Of a stretch of 64,000 nucleotides of DNA, positions 49,308 to 60,358 are shown in pieces (position 1 is the stretch's first letter; each line of letters opens with the position of its first letter). The position numbers and the translations under genes were made by a program. The notes beneath the pieces are model-generated. The model did not search any database and was not told the DNA's origin. It saw only the letters and a list, made by a program, of their open reading frames with translations. The stretch is from Entomortierella parvispora E1425. Lineage: Eukaryota > Fungi > Mortierellomycota. The stretch covers positions 310,001 through 374,000 of the forward strand of contig BQFW01000006.1 of NCBI GenBank assembly GCA_020891255.1, written 5' to 3'.

Positions 49308-51306
49308 TTAGCGTCTATGGAGCTTTGCCAGGCTTGACCCCAGCACCGCTACCACCAACACAGCCACAATAATCTTGTTGGCCTTGCCTGCAAGTCCCAG
49401 CCCGACGTTCTCTTTGACGCCCTCCCAGAATATCCTGAATGAGCTCCCTATTGACCCTGACGACTTTGGCCGTTCCATCGCGCCTGCGCTCGTCGACGAC
49501 ACTCTTGTCGATCCAGACTCCCTGGATTTCTCCTCGTCCCTGGATGTGGTGGAATGGCTGGTAGGTCGGGCCCTGGATCGCAATCCGATGCCAATCTCTG
49601 CCTCCAGCGCACGAAGTCGCTGAGACAGCATGGAGATGGAGATGTCGCCGTCGCTCTTCTTTTCTCTCAACACGCGGGCTTTCTCGACAGCCCCAGACTG
49701 TCCATCGCCGCTCTCGGGAGGGTTCTCTTGCTCCTGGCGGGATGGGCGAGTGTCACTGTGGACTGGACTTTCGGACTGTGGCAGTTCAACCTCGGCGGGG
49801 TCCATGTCCAGATCATTTTCGTGTCCTTCCAGCATGGACTCGTTGCTGAGGTTGCCTCGCCTTGGGTCCTGCAAGGTTGACTCTAGCTCCATTCGATCCT
49901 TGGCGGCCGTTGTCAGGGCTTTGGAGTCGAGATAAGGTGTGATTTTGGGAATTAAGGCGTTGATAGCTCGCAGACCATCCGGTACTGCTTTCGTCGAGAC
50001 TAAAGAGAAGGAAAAGGGAAAAACAATGTTAGTAGGCATGGTTTAGGCCAGTACGGCAATGCCAGCATCAAGAGGACAAGGAGTCTCCCTTACCCATTTG
50101 AATCACTTTATCCGGAATCCAGCCTTTCAAATCCGCATCCAACACTTGGATCAAGCTACATGACATGGATCCGTTGGCAGGATCCTCTGGGGTGATAATG
50201 TGTCCAGCGACGGCCGTCTCCATCCGGACAATCTTTTCCTTGACGCGCTCAGGCATGCTGGGGTGCTCTACACTAGCATTGACCATAAAGAGCCGTCCAT
50301 CCTGGAGCTCCTTGATGGTGCCTAATACAACGGTGTCTCTGGAGGCTGTGGGCCACACAGCCTTTGTCCGTACATATTGCACTGTGGTCCCTGGCAGCGC
50401 TTTGACATCCTCCAAGACGCGAGCTTCCACGCACATGGGGTCCCAGTCGGACCGACGGTCCAGATCACACATGGCGTCAAAGGTCACTGCGGCGGAATTG
50501 TTCATCCGTGCGACAATTTTGTAGCACATGGGCCGTTCCTTGTACTGAAAGACCTCAATCCAGGGTTTGCCCGGTTGGGCGGCTGGCGTCGGTGTCTTGT
50601 CCTCGTAGACCTTTTCCCAGATCTCGTTGTTTTCGATGTAATTCATAAATTTTCGTTCCATGGCTTCCAAATCCTTGGTGTAAGGGTGGACAGCCGCCGG
50701 TTGTGGGAGTGACGTTGTTGAGGGTCGACTGGAGGGCTTTTTTGAAGTGGACTTGGTGAGGGACGCGCCTGCCAAAGTTGTGCATGAGGTGGTGGTGGTG
50801 GTGGTGGTGGTGGAGACGGTGTCGTGTGATGACGGGGTATTATGAGTGATGACGGCTGTCGTTGACTTTATGTCCGAGTGGTTCGTTCCTGTAGTCGTGT
50901 CGGCGATTGGATTTGCGAGACTGGTTTTGATCGGCGGTAGACCCTCGACAGATTGGATGTGGATGGGGCCCTGAAGATGGTTCGGGGCCAAAAATCTGGC
51001 GGGAAAGATTCTTTCGGCCAGATCGGGCAATCCAAACACCCTCCGGAAGGCCAGCACAAAGATCAACTCGAAAAACAGATAATGTATCTTGTCGAGGACG
51101 CCATGCAGGACCACTACTCGAGAAAAGGATAGAACAAAGAGAGGTATGTATGTTTGGTTGAGACAGAATCCATAGAGTGCGTGGGTGTCTGAAGGGAGGT
51201 GGATTCATCTTTACAAAAGAGACTTACGCTCGTTTACAATATAGAGGATTGTGTAAGGCGTCACCAAGACCAACATGGCCAGGGGCGACTGGGTCGTATC
51301 GACCAT
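49308..51306 (-). CDS. START/Bet v1-like lipid-binding domain protein with N- and C-terminal hydrophobic segments, 3 exons
   Basis: RSDWDPMC, VQYVRTKAVWPTASRDTVV, VNASVEHP, DADLKGWIPDKVI; C-terminal IIVAVLVVAVLG. GT-AG introns near 51227-51118 and 50093-50002. Confidence 0.88.
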
Positions 51307-52090
51307 GGCAGGGCCGGCGAGTCTGTGTCGAGTCTGTGGAAAAGGAGAGACGAAGGGGGTGAGTGGGGGTAGTTCAGTCAAGTACGATGCAGACGGTTGG
51401 GTGTGTGTTGTCGTGTGGTTAGTTGTTTTGGAGCTGGGCATTTACCTGCTGTGCGAGTGAATGAGAGGAAGAGTCGAATTGGTGGCGAAGCGGCAGAGAC
51501 AGGGGCAGGGGCAGGGGCAGGGGCAGGGGCAGGGACAAGGAGACGGAGAGCACAGCACAGACAGGGACAGAGAATGAAGAAATGAAGGAAGTGAAGAAGT
51601 GAAGTGAAGGACAGCGATGCAGCAGTGTTCAATCACACACGAGAATGACGAGAATGACGACAGTGAGGAAGAGAAGAAGAGGCGAAGGAAGTGAGTGGGC
51701 GGAGAGGCAAAGAGAGAAAGAGAGAAGTGAGAGAAACTCAGTGAGAGAAAGCACACTACTGCAGAGACAACCACAGAAGGGAGAATGAACACAATGAACA
51801 CAGGGGCCAGCCCCAGGCGTCGCGTGGTGTCTGTGTGAATGTGGGAGCGGTGGTCTGATTGATTTTTGGGTCGTGTTGTCGCTGTCTGTGCAACCCGAAC
51901 AGGAACATCAGAACATCACCCCACTTTTCGGCAGTCACGTTTCGTTTTTCTTTTTCTTTTTTCTTTTTTTCTCTTTTTGGACTACGGTGTGTTATTTCCG
52001 TCGCGTCCCTGCTGCGACCACCCTTTTTGACTGGCGAAAGGAATCTATTGTGGTTGATCAGAGACTGAAGAAGATGAGCGAGCCCCTACT

Positions 52091-54145
52091 CTAATACTCT
52101 CGACTGGAACGGAAGAGGAGCTGTTTTTGGAGTTTGCCTGAGGTTCCTTGGTCAAACTGAAGTCTGGTAACAAAGGTTTTACCCTGCACAGTTGCCTCCA
52201 CTCGGATTTCACTCAACCCAAAGTAGAAGCTCAACTGGACAGAAATCTATTTCCGAAGGTAACACCGTCGATTGAAAATAACAGTTAGAGTAGCAATAGA
52301 AACACATCAACAGAGCACCGATTCGAGTAAATGGTTCAAAGAAAGAAATGCCTACCTCTCTCCCTGGCGGATCAAAGGACGAAAAAGGATCTGGAATACT
52401 AATGAAAGCTGCCCCTTGCAGGTTGGTGACATATCGTGGTGGATCTCCATCAATCGCAAAGACGGTGAAACGATAGTCGCTTGACTCTCCGTAAATTTTG
52501 TTTACCAAAGTGTAGTGGTGGGTGATGCACTCGTCCATCTTGATCTTCTGGCCACTCAGGGCAAATGTGCTGAAGCGACTGCGACACAATGTTTCCCCGA
52601 ATAGGTCAAACTTGAGGTCGGGGCGGAGGTAGTCAATGCTCCAATCAAAGGCATCAATTATACCAACGCCGTAGCAACGACGGGTTGCTCTAGCGGTTAC
52701 CTTCCTTGGGTTCATTCCAGCATATACCGCTCCATAGACAACTGCCATCTCGGGTCTGTTGGGAGCTGCTATTTTCTTTGCCATGTTCTCAAACTCCGAT
52801 CTAACACGACTCTGCAAATAAGCTGAGGATGCAAAACCACCCACCAAAAATATCGCCGACATTTTTTTGGCCCTATTCTGTGCTCTCGCCTTGTCCAATT
52901 GACTACGGATCAGCTCCAAAACTTGTGACACGACTGGATCAAATACTTTTTCTCTGAGCTCGGAAGCCCTGAAAAGCATTTTGCCCTCATGGATATCAAA
53001 TCTGGCTGGATTCTTGAGCCCTGAAAAGAACAAGTTCCAGGGGAGCTGGAGGCGCAAGTCATTGTCACCCTTGAAGTTAGGCTTTAGCTGATACGCGAAT
53101 GCGGTGGCAAGTTCGGAGAGGAGAGAATCGGGAATCTTGACATCGTGATTTGCAAACCTGTTTGCTAAAACGGTGGCAAAGTTCTCGTCTATGAAGATCG
53201 AGCCACAAGAGGCACCGTGACCTTTGGTAACCTCCGATAGTGTCTGGCCTTCTTCAGACACTGCAACATCATACACGATCAAATCGACGGTTCCACCGCC
53301 TGCATCGCAGATCAAAAACCTGTCGCCTTGCTGAAGATCGTATTCCTTGCACGTGCGTTCACAGTACAAAGCTGCGGCTTCTGGCTCCGATACCAACATT
53401 AATCGGTCAGGATCGTCGCCTGCGGAGATAATACCAGCGTTGATAGCTGCTTGCCTCATGACATACTTGGCCTCATCCGACCACATTGCTGGCACAGTGA
53501 GGCAATATCGATAGTTCTCACGGCCAATGGCTATTTGACTTTCGATCTTTTCAGCCGCGCAATTGTGGAAGTCCTTGAGAAAATCTGATATAGCCTGCAT
53601 CACTGTAATGTTGGCTGTCCAAGCGGGCAGTGAAGCATTTTCGTCCAGGTGCAACTTGTACTGAGACAGCTGAAGGAACTTTGAGCTTAGCTCTTTCGCT
53701 TCCATATCCATCATTTTCAATTTCGACGAGAACCCCCAGGCCACCATGTCAAGTCTCTTCCCGGTTTTCTTGTAAAGATTGACAGTGGGTGTCTTCACAT
53801 AGTGACCCTGATGGTCAGGCCTATGATATATATCCATTCAACCGATGTGTAAATCATCTGACCTTGACAGGTGTACCTCTTTTACCTCTAATGAAAACAA
53901 TCCTTACCATCTATCGAGAAGTTTAGGCTCGTCGATATTTGCAAAGCTTTTGTATGCACAGCCTCTGTGAGGAACAACGATTTTGTTTTAGGAAAAAAAA
54001 AAAAAAAAAAAAAAAAATACGCGTTATCAATGCACAATTTCTTAAAAAAAAATTGCAAAGGACCCTTCACTTACGAGTAAGTAGTTCCAAAGTCAATGCT
54101 GACAAGGACTTTGAAGTCGTTAAGACCACGAGTGATTGAAGACAT
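52091..54145 (-). CDS. HSPA12-like atypical Hsp70 (actin-like ATPase, short substrate-binding region), 4 exons
   Basis: Start MSSITRG at 54145; VSIDFGTTYS (exon 1), KTPT, CLTVPAMW, SEPEAAALY, DAGGGTVD, LVGGFASS; last exon FYFGLSEIRVEA with TAG at 52093-52091. Confidence 0.9.
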
Positions 54146-54388
54146 GAGATCGAGTGATGGACAGTGAATTGGGTGAAATGGGCTTTCGCTGAATGGGAGG
54201 ACAAGAGCGCGGCGCGGTGAGTTTCTTTTATAACAACGATGGCAACCTCAATCATGCGTGAGAGTTGAAGGTGGGGAGAACAGGATAAAGAGACGAAGCA
54301 AGAAAATGCACAGAGAGGAAACAGGGGGTGAAGATAGGGGCGAGAGAATTACATTGAGGTTCAGTAGCCGGCAAAGTGAAGGGAATAC

Positions 54389-54528
54389 TTGGCAAAGTAA
54401 AAGGAGTATTGGCGAAGTAAAAGGAGCATTGGCGAAGTAGAAGGAGCATTGGCGAAGTAAAAGGAGCATTGGCGAAGTAAAAGGAGCATTGGCGAAGTAG
54501 AAGGAGCATTGGCGAAGTAGAAGGACCA
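54389..54528. repeat. 20-bp tandem repeat, 7 copies (TTGGCGAAGTARAAGGAGCA)
   Basis: Period-20 pattern visible directly; lies between two divergent genes. Confidence 0.95.
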
Positions 54529-55042
54529 CTTGAATGAGAGCATAGGGCAAAACATAAACTGATGCTTCTACTTCCTGCAATGTCCATGGTTGAAAGGACA
54601 CTTGCCCCTTTATTTTACGTGGGACAGAAGTGAACTTGTTGTTGTTGTTGTTGGGGGGGGGGGAATGCCCATTTCTCAATGTGCGGGACGAACGTATGTA
54701 TGTACATTCACACCTTTCTTTCCCTCTTTTCCTTTCCTTACTTCACAACAAACTCCATTCTTGTCCCCATTTCCCCACTTCCCATAGGCGGTGTTCATGA
54801 CAGCCTTTCAGCTTGCCATTTGGATAGTCTTTCATAAATTGTGCCGTGCATTCCAACGTTACTGTGGGCTCTGTGCAAGACTTACTTTAGGTGGCGTCTA
54901 TTTTTCACTCCTATGTCACTTATGGAGGTAGGACAAGAGTTTCGGCTCGTCAATCCAAATGTGGCAATATCCCTGATCAATGTACTATCTTCTGACGTTT
55001 GATAGCTCTATCATTTATGACATTCCGAAGTGTATACATTAT

Positions 55043-56348
55043 ATGAAGGACGCATTCGGCGGAAAAAAGCGACCGAGAGCTGTAACGCAAGCAGAAGACT
55101 CAGAGGACTGGCAGCCTGTGTCCATTGGTACCGCTCATGGACTATTGATCTGGTGTGCGAACTCTACTTGGCTGTAGACAACGTTTAACAATTTTCTTTT
55201 GATTAGAAAACGAAGTGAGTACCAATCAAGTCGCAATTGTTTCCAGAACAGCAGCGGCGGGGGACGTTGATCAATGGACAAGTCTAGATATGCATCCGGT
55301 ACAGTCTATATCAGAGGATCATCAACAACATGCGATAGCGGCACCATCGCAACCAGCCGCTCACGCTGTGTTCAATGAGAACAAACGGCTACAAAAACAG
55401 ATTTCAAATCTCGAAACCAAACTTCACCAAATGACTATCGATTTTCAACATGCCTCCACCGGTTACCGAAAAGTGTCCAACGATCTTCAGTACCTCAAGG
55501 CCGATTATAACGAACTTCTCCGTCACTACAACGCACTGAGATACCATAACCAGGACATGATCAATAAGAAAGATCTGGCGGAAAAAGACTACAATGACCT
55601 TTACCAGAAGCATTTCGCCATCGTCGGAGCCCTCCAAGTAACGAACGACGATCACTCCACTATTAAAAGGAAGCTGACTGACATGATGGTAGCGATCGAG
55701 CACCTGGTTGCCGCAGGGCTAGGTGAGGGTTCTGTTAACTTAAACAGAGATGCCGCCGTCGGGCTCTTCATGGAGCAGGGATTGCTCCAGAGTCTCTCAG
55801 TCGACGTGCAACTTTTGGAATCCTTCCATCTTAGCCATTGCTTAGAGACTTCCATTATGAAAATCTTGATGAATCACCTGTTCAAGAATCCACTGCGATA
55901 TATCTTTGGCCGAGCCCGAGAATTCGAGGTGGTCTGCCGTTCGGTGGAAAAGCAAGGCAGCACAGTGTCGGACCGTTGGAGGCAAGAGCTATGCAAATTG
56001 ATTGCCAAAGACAGCAAGAAGATGATGGAAATGAAGAAAAGGGCCGTCAGGAAAACCAGCTTGGATATCAAGAACATGATCTCCAAAGTCTGTCTGAATG
56101 TGAACGATACTGATGTGATCGACACGATTGAGAACCTGTGCGACCAGGCTTTCGTCCTCTCATACGCCATGTTTGGGATGGAGTCTAGGATCTACCCTGA
56201 ATCGCCCCGTGTTGATAGCCCATACAACAGCGCTACTATGGACATGGTCTGGGGATCAAATCCTGAAGGTTTAGTCTCAATGGTGATACATCCAGTATTT
56301 CGAGATAGCGAAACAATATTCTTAAAATCCAGGGTTTGGTGTTCGTGA
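55043..56348 (+). CDS. Coiled-coil protein with a GrpE-like C-terminal beta head; probable short first exon 55043-55127, main exon from about 55207
   Basis: 377-aa open frame with long heptads (LQKQISNLETKLHQM...). Tail PYNSATMD..GLVSMVIHPVF..IFLKSRVWCS. The first exon is tentative. Confidence 0.75.
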
Positions 56349-56574
56349 GAGCATCCCTATCGCTTCGTTGGACGTGTTAATAAAAAGTCTATACAGGTGA
56401 TAAGATCGTCAATTCATAAAGATCTCTTAAGGTAATGGCCAAAGAGTGCTTTATTTTGTTAGAGGCAACCAAGCAAGTGGCCAATTTTAATGGTTTTCCG
56501 ACGGTGTGAAAACTCAGCAGAACGGATCAAAAGCATCCACAGAGCCATCTAATGTGATGGCTCATTTTCTTCAT

Positions 56575-57180
56575 TGGGTCAATCAAGGGTACCCTGCGAA
56601 AATCCTAATCGATGGTGGTGCAGAAAGTAATACTATCAGTACCTCGTTTCAAAAACGACATCAGCTTGATCGAACCTAATACCCAATTGATAGCAGAGGG
56701 CTTTATCAAGCCCAGGGCTTCTCCCTATGGAGTCCCCGTACTAGCTGTGCAGACGAAGGACGGCACACTTCGAATGTGTGTAGATTACTGTGCTTTCAGC
56801 AGTATTACCAAGAAGAACAGGCACTTGCTGCCGTGCATCGACAAGCTACTACTCGACCGTTTCCGTGGAGCTCGCTTCTACTCCAAGTTAGACTTGTTAT
56901 CCGGTTATCAGCAGCATCGTACCTTTGAGCCTCATATACACAAGACTGCCTTCCGTTATCGCCATGGTCACTTTGAGTTCAGTGTTGTCCTCTTTGGCCT
57001 TACTAACGCTCCTGCTTCGTTCTCCAATATGTTGTTGTGAGTACTCGAACCGGGTTTGGACAAATAGTTCGTTGTCTATCTCGATGACCTGTTGATCTAC
57101 ACCAAGACAAAAGAAGAACATCTGCGACACCTCCGAAGTGTGTTGACCCTACTGCACAAGAACAGCCTTGTAACAGGAAC
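56575..57180 (+). mobile_element. Ty3/gypsy LTR-retrotransposon relic (protease fragment plus RT, with stops)
   Basis: KILIDGGAESN (aspartyl protease); [54 protein letters not shown]. In-frame stops near 57037 and 57064; no LTRs seen. Confidence 0.93.
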
Positions 57181-57505
57181 ACAGTGACATCACGCGATGT
57201 GCATTGAAATCCTACTAAGGAAACCGACAATTCGAGTCCTGAACCATGCTTGCAAAATAATAAAACGCACTTCTTGTCTCCACTCCACTCTCGACACTCC
57301 TATTGCAAGCCTGTATGCAAAATTGAGCAAATGCCCCCCTGAAATATTTTGGTACTCACGAGAAGTAATTGGGACAACGAGAAGGATCTGAACTGACCCC
57401 TCCGTCTCGATCCTATAGGGACAAGCCAGAGTGGCATAGCACGGCTCCTGTCATCTTGCTTTATTGTGCTATCTGACATGCCCGCTTGACCCAAATATAC
57501 CACAG

Positions 57506-58714
57506 TTAGAGTCTAATAGCTGCCCTCAAGGCAGCATATTTTGGCGTTCCTAGACCCGTGACGGGATCCCACCCTTTGATAGCAGAGAATCCATTTGTGT
57601 TGCAGCCTGGATTGTTGCCAGAAGTAATGTCGGTCAACCCGGAAGCTCCTGCTGGGGAATAGAGAAGAGGGTTCAAAAATCCTAACCTCGGCTTTCCAGC
57701 AGATATTAATTCGTCATTGAGGAGGGCGATCACAGAGCCAAATATCAGAGCGCTGGCTTCAGTTCCATCAATCAATGTAAATTCTCCTTTGTAGGAAACG
57801 GCGATTTTTTCACCCTGCGCAGCGACGTCTGGGTATCCACGTCCAGTTGCATCATAGCGACCATGGTACTGGCCTCCAAGTGCCTTAATATACCTGGACA
57901 CAGCAGCTTTTTGGTACTGAGGTTGAGGAAAGATATTCGAAAATCCCCCAGCTGATATATCGGCCCCCACTTCTTGAATACCAGTCGTTGCACCAACAGA
58001 TGTCACGTAAGGACAGGTGGCTGGGAATGAAGGTATGAATGTGCTGCAGTTGTTGCTTGTGCTTAATCCAGCTACTCCACCATCACCAGAAGAGACGATG
58101 ATGCTAGTACCTCGCTCGCCTAACTTTTTAAAGGCATTACACAAGTTCGTGGCGGCAAGAGGTGGCACGTACATCTCATCTACGCCATAGGTGAGGATCA
58201 GAACTGAGGGAGCACTCGCCTGCTGGATCAAGGTGTTGACGAGATCAAGGTATCCAGTTGTATCATTCCTCCCCACGGAGTAGAAAGTTGTCGGTACTCC
58301 ACTCGCTAATCCAATTGTGTACTGCACATTCAGATTGGCCAATTCTCCAGGGTCGTTTTGATCATTCCGGCCTCCATCAATAGAGACCTCACTAAATGTG
58401 GGTGCTGGGTTCAAGTCGGGGCGCAAGGTCCGTAAGAAGCTGGCTAGATCTGCCCTGTTTGCGAATTCGTTCAGAAAGCCAGCAACTGCGATGGTATTGC
58501 TTGCTTGAGTGGCCCTGGTTTTTGGGATGCCGTAAAGTGCTTGGATACAGGCTGGGGTCACATGATTATTGCAACTCTGGGGAGGTCGTCTCTTGAGGAG
58601 TCTCGAAGTTGCCTGAGTGAATTCTGCGTGAGAAGATGGGCTAGTGGCAGGAAATGCGAGGACGCAATGGAGGCCAATGGCTAACAGGAAGTATATAAGG
58701 GCAGGAGATGGCAT
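57506..58714 (-). CDS. Secreted S53 sedolisin/tripeptidyl-peptidase-fold protein, predicted catalytically inactive, no activation pro-domain, intronless
   Basis: Signal peptide, LLKRR site, VTPACIQALYGIP, SSGDGG, FPATCPYVTSVGAT, GRGYPDVAAQG, LGFLNPLLY, GWDPVTGLGTP. Catalytic motifs are altered (GELANLNVQY, GTEASAL). Confidence 0.92.
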   Translation of the reverse strand: MPSPALIYFLLAIGLHCVLAFPATSPSSHAEFTQATSRLLKRRPPQSCNNHVTPACIQALYGIPKTRATQASNTIAVAGFLNEFANRADLASFLRTLRPDLNPAPTFSEVSIDGGRNDQNDPGELANLNVQYTIGLASGVPTTFYSVGRNDTTGYLDLVNTLIQQASAPSVLILTYGVDEMYVPPLAATNLCNAFKKLGERGTSIIVSSGDGGVAGLSTSNNCSTFIPSFPATCPYVTSVGATTGIQEVGADISAGGFSNIFPQPQYQKAAVSRYIKALGGQYHGRYDATGRGYPDVAAQGEKIAVSYKGEFTLIDGTEASALIFGSVIALLNDELISAGKPRLGFLNPLLYSPAGASGLTDITSGNNPGCNTNGFSAIKGWDPVTGLGTPKYAALRAAIRL

Positions 58715-59610
58715 GATACGAAATGAATGTTCTCAGTGAGTGTGATTGGAGAGTAGAAGGTCAGAAGATTGATGCTTGAACAAGGCGTTAGACCAGGCGG
58801 CGTCGGCATGTAAACTTTTATATATCCGTTGACCACAGATCTTCCAACCTGTACTCAACTTGCGTTACTAAAAGAGAATGCAGAAGACCCGGATATAGAG
58901 AAAAAGAAAAAGAGGAGGATCTTGAAAATATCGGGGTTGAACGGGGGGATAGAGAATATGTTGGCGGAGGAAGGCGGAAGGGACAAAGAAACAGTAGAGA
59001 GACAGAAAAAAGATGTCAAAGGAGGGACAGAAAAAATAAGGTTTGAGATAAAAAAAGGATATGACGATTTTACTTCACACCTGTACTTTTTAGGTTCGGA
59101 ATCTTGTTGCCTGAAGTTGGAACAGTTTTCACATCCTCACCTTTTTTTCCGAGATGCTTCTGGGAGGGATGCAATTGCTTTTGTTCTTTTGCAAAGAACT
59201 CTATTGAAGCATGGGGTCAGCGAATTGCATGGGAGACCGGGCGATCCACTCCGGTGTCAGCTCCAACTTTGCGATAACAAAAACATTGGAGGTCGTGATA
59301 TTCATTTCCTGAAGGAAAGGGTGGTAGATGATGCTGAACTTGTGGCACAGGGAAGGGATCGCAGTGCCGTTTGGCAATCTGCAAGTTCATGTTCGCGCCC
59401 GTGTGGTTGTAGAACGACGATATCCATATTTGAGATTCAAGGGGTAAAGAGGAGGTGCAATTGGCAAGTGAGGATTTTCAACTTGAAAACAAGTAAGGCT
59501 CTATGCATTGTCTCCCCACGATGCAAAAGGGTGACGGATCTCTAATAAATACTCACCTTCCTTGTCTTCACTTTCAAAATTCAAGCTGAAACTCCATGCA
59601 TTGTTAATTT

Positions 59611-60290
59611 TTTACATGTGCTAGAACCAATCTGTAGAAAAGACCGCTGTATAACACCCGGGATACACGGTGTGAAAGCCAAATGTTTACATGCGCTAGA
59701 ACCCATTTCCGGGTTCCTGATGGCATCATCAGCTAGCTGAAACTGAGGACTACTATGAGCCAAGGTACCAGGGCCCCAGGATCTAGCCTTGCCACCGAAA
59801 AAGTGCTCCAAGTGAGGGGTCAACGTTCAACTTTGGGACTTTTGACGAACTTTGAAGTGATGGTGCTCGAGATCAAGACTAGGATTCCGGGCTCCAAATG
59901 GCATGAGTTGCAAGGAGCGCATGTGGACGACCTGGATCCAAGCTACCAGGGCCCCAGGTCCTGAACTTGGCAAGTGATGGTTCAAAAATTATACGGGTTA
60001 GGTACAGGGGGCCCATTTTTTTTCTGGGCCGGGCCGGCTGGCTTACATGACTCTAGCACGGGGACGGGGGCCAACTTTTTTTTGTGTGTTTTTGCGGGTT
60101 CGCATGGCTCCAGCGCCCCCGTTGGACATGGTTCTAGCTATGTTGACTATGATGGATGGTAGAAAGTAGCGAAACGTTGGTGGCAAGACATGAAAGGTTA
60201 ATGGCGGCTGTGCAACGGCCCAGGACGTTGGTGGCAAGGTTAGTGGCGGCTGTGCAACGACGCGAAAAGTTGGTGGCAAGTCGCGATCAG
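59611..60290. repeat. Cluster of short direct and inverted repeats upstream of the Fanzor gene (possible transposon-end region)
   Basis: tttacatgYgctagaaccMat x2 (59611, 59686) with inverted tggttctagc (60129); taccagggccccagg x2 (59766, 59945); gttggtggcaag x3 and ggcggctgtgcaacg x2 (60175-60280). Confidence 0.7.
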
Positions 60291-60358
60291 CCCCCCTGTA
60301 GTCCTATTGCACAATTGTGTTTTAGAGTACAAATCAAAGGATTGAGACCACAAATTAA

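Noticed and set aside
42500-51540. Simple repeats ((CT)n near 42520, GGT run near 50790, GCAGGG x5 near 51495) and long intronic poly-A/T runs
   Set aside because: Ordinary microsatellites and homopolymers that are common throughout this window.
58829-59545. 238-aa plus-strand ORF
   Set aside because: TTG start, low-complexity A/G-rich 5' half, lies in the promoter of the divergent sedolisin gene, and has no motif support.
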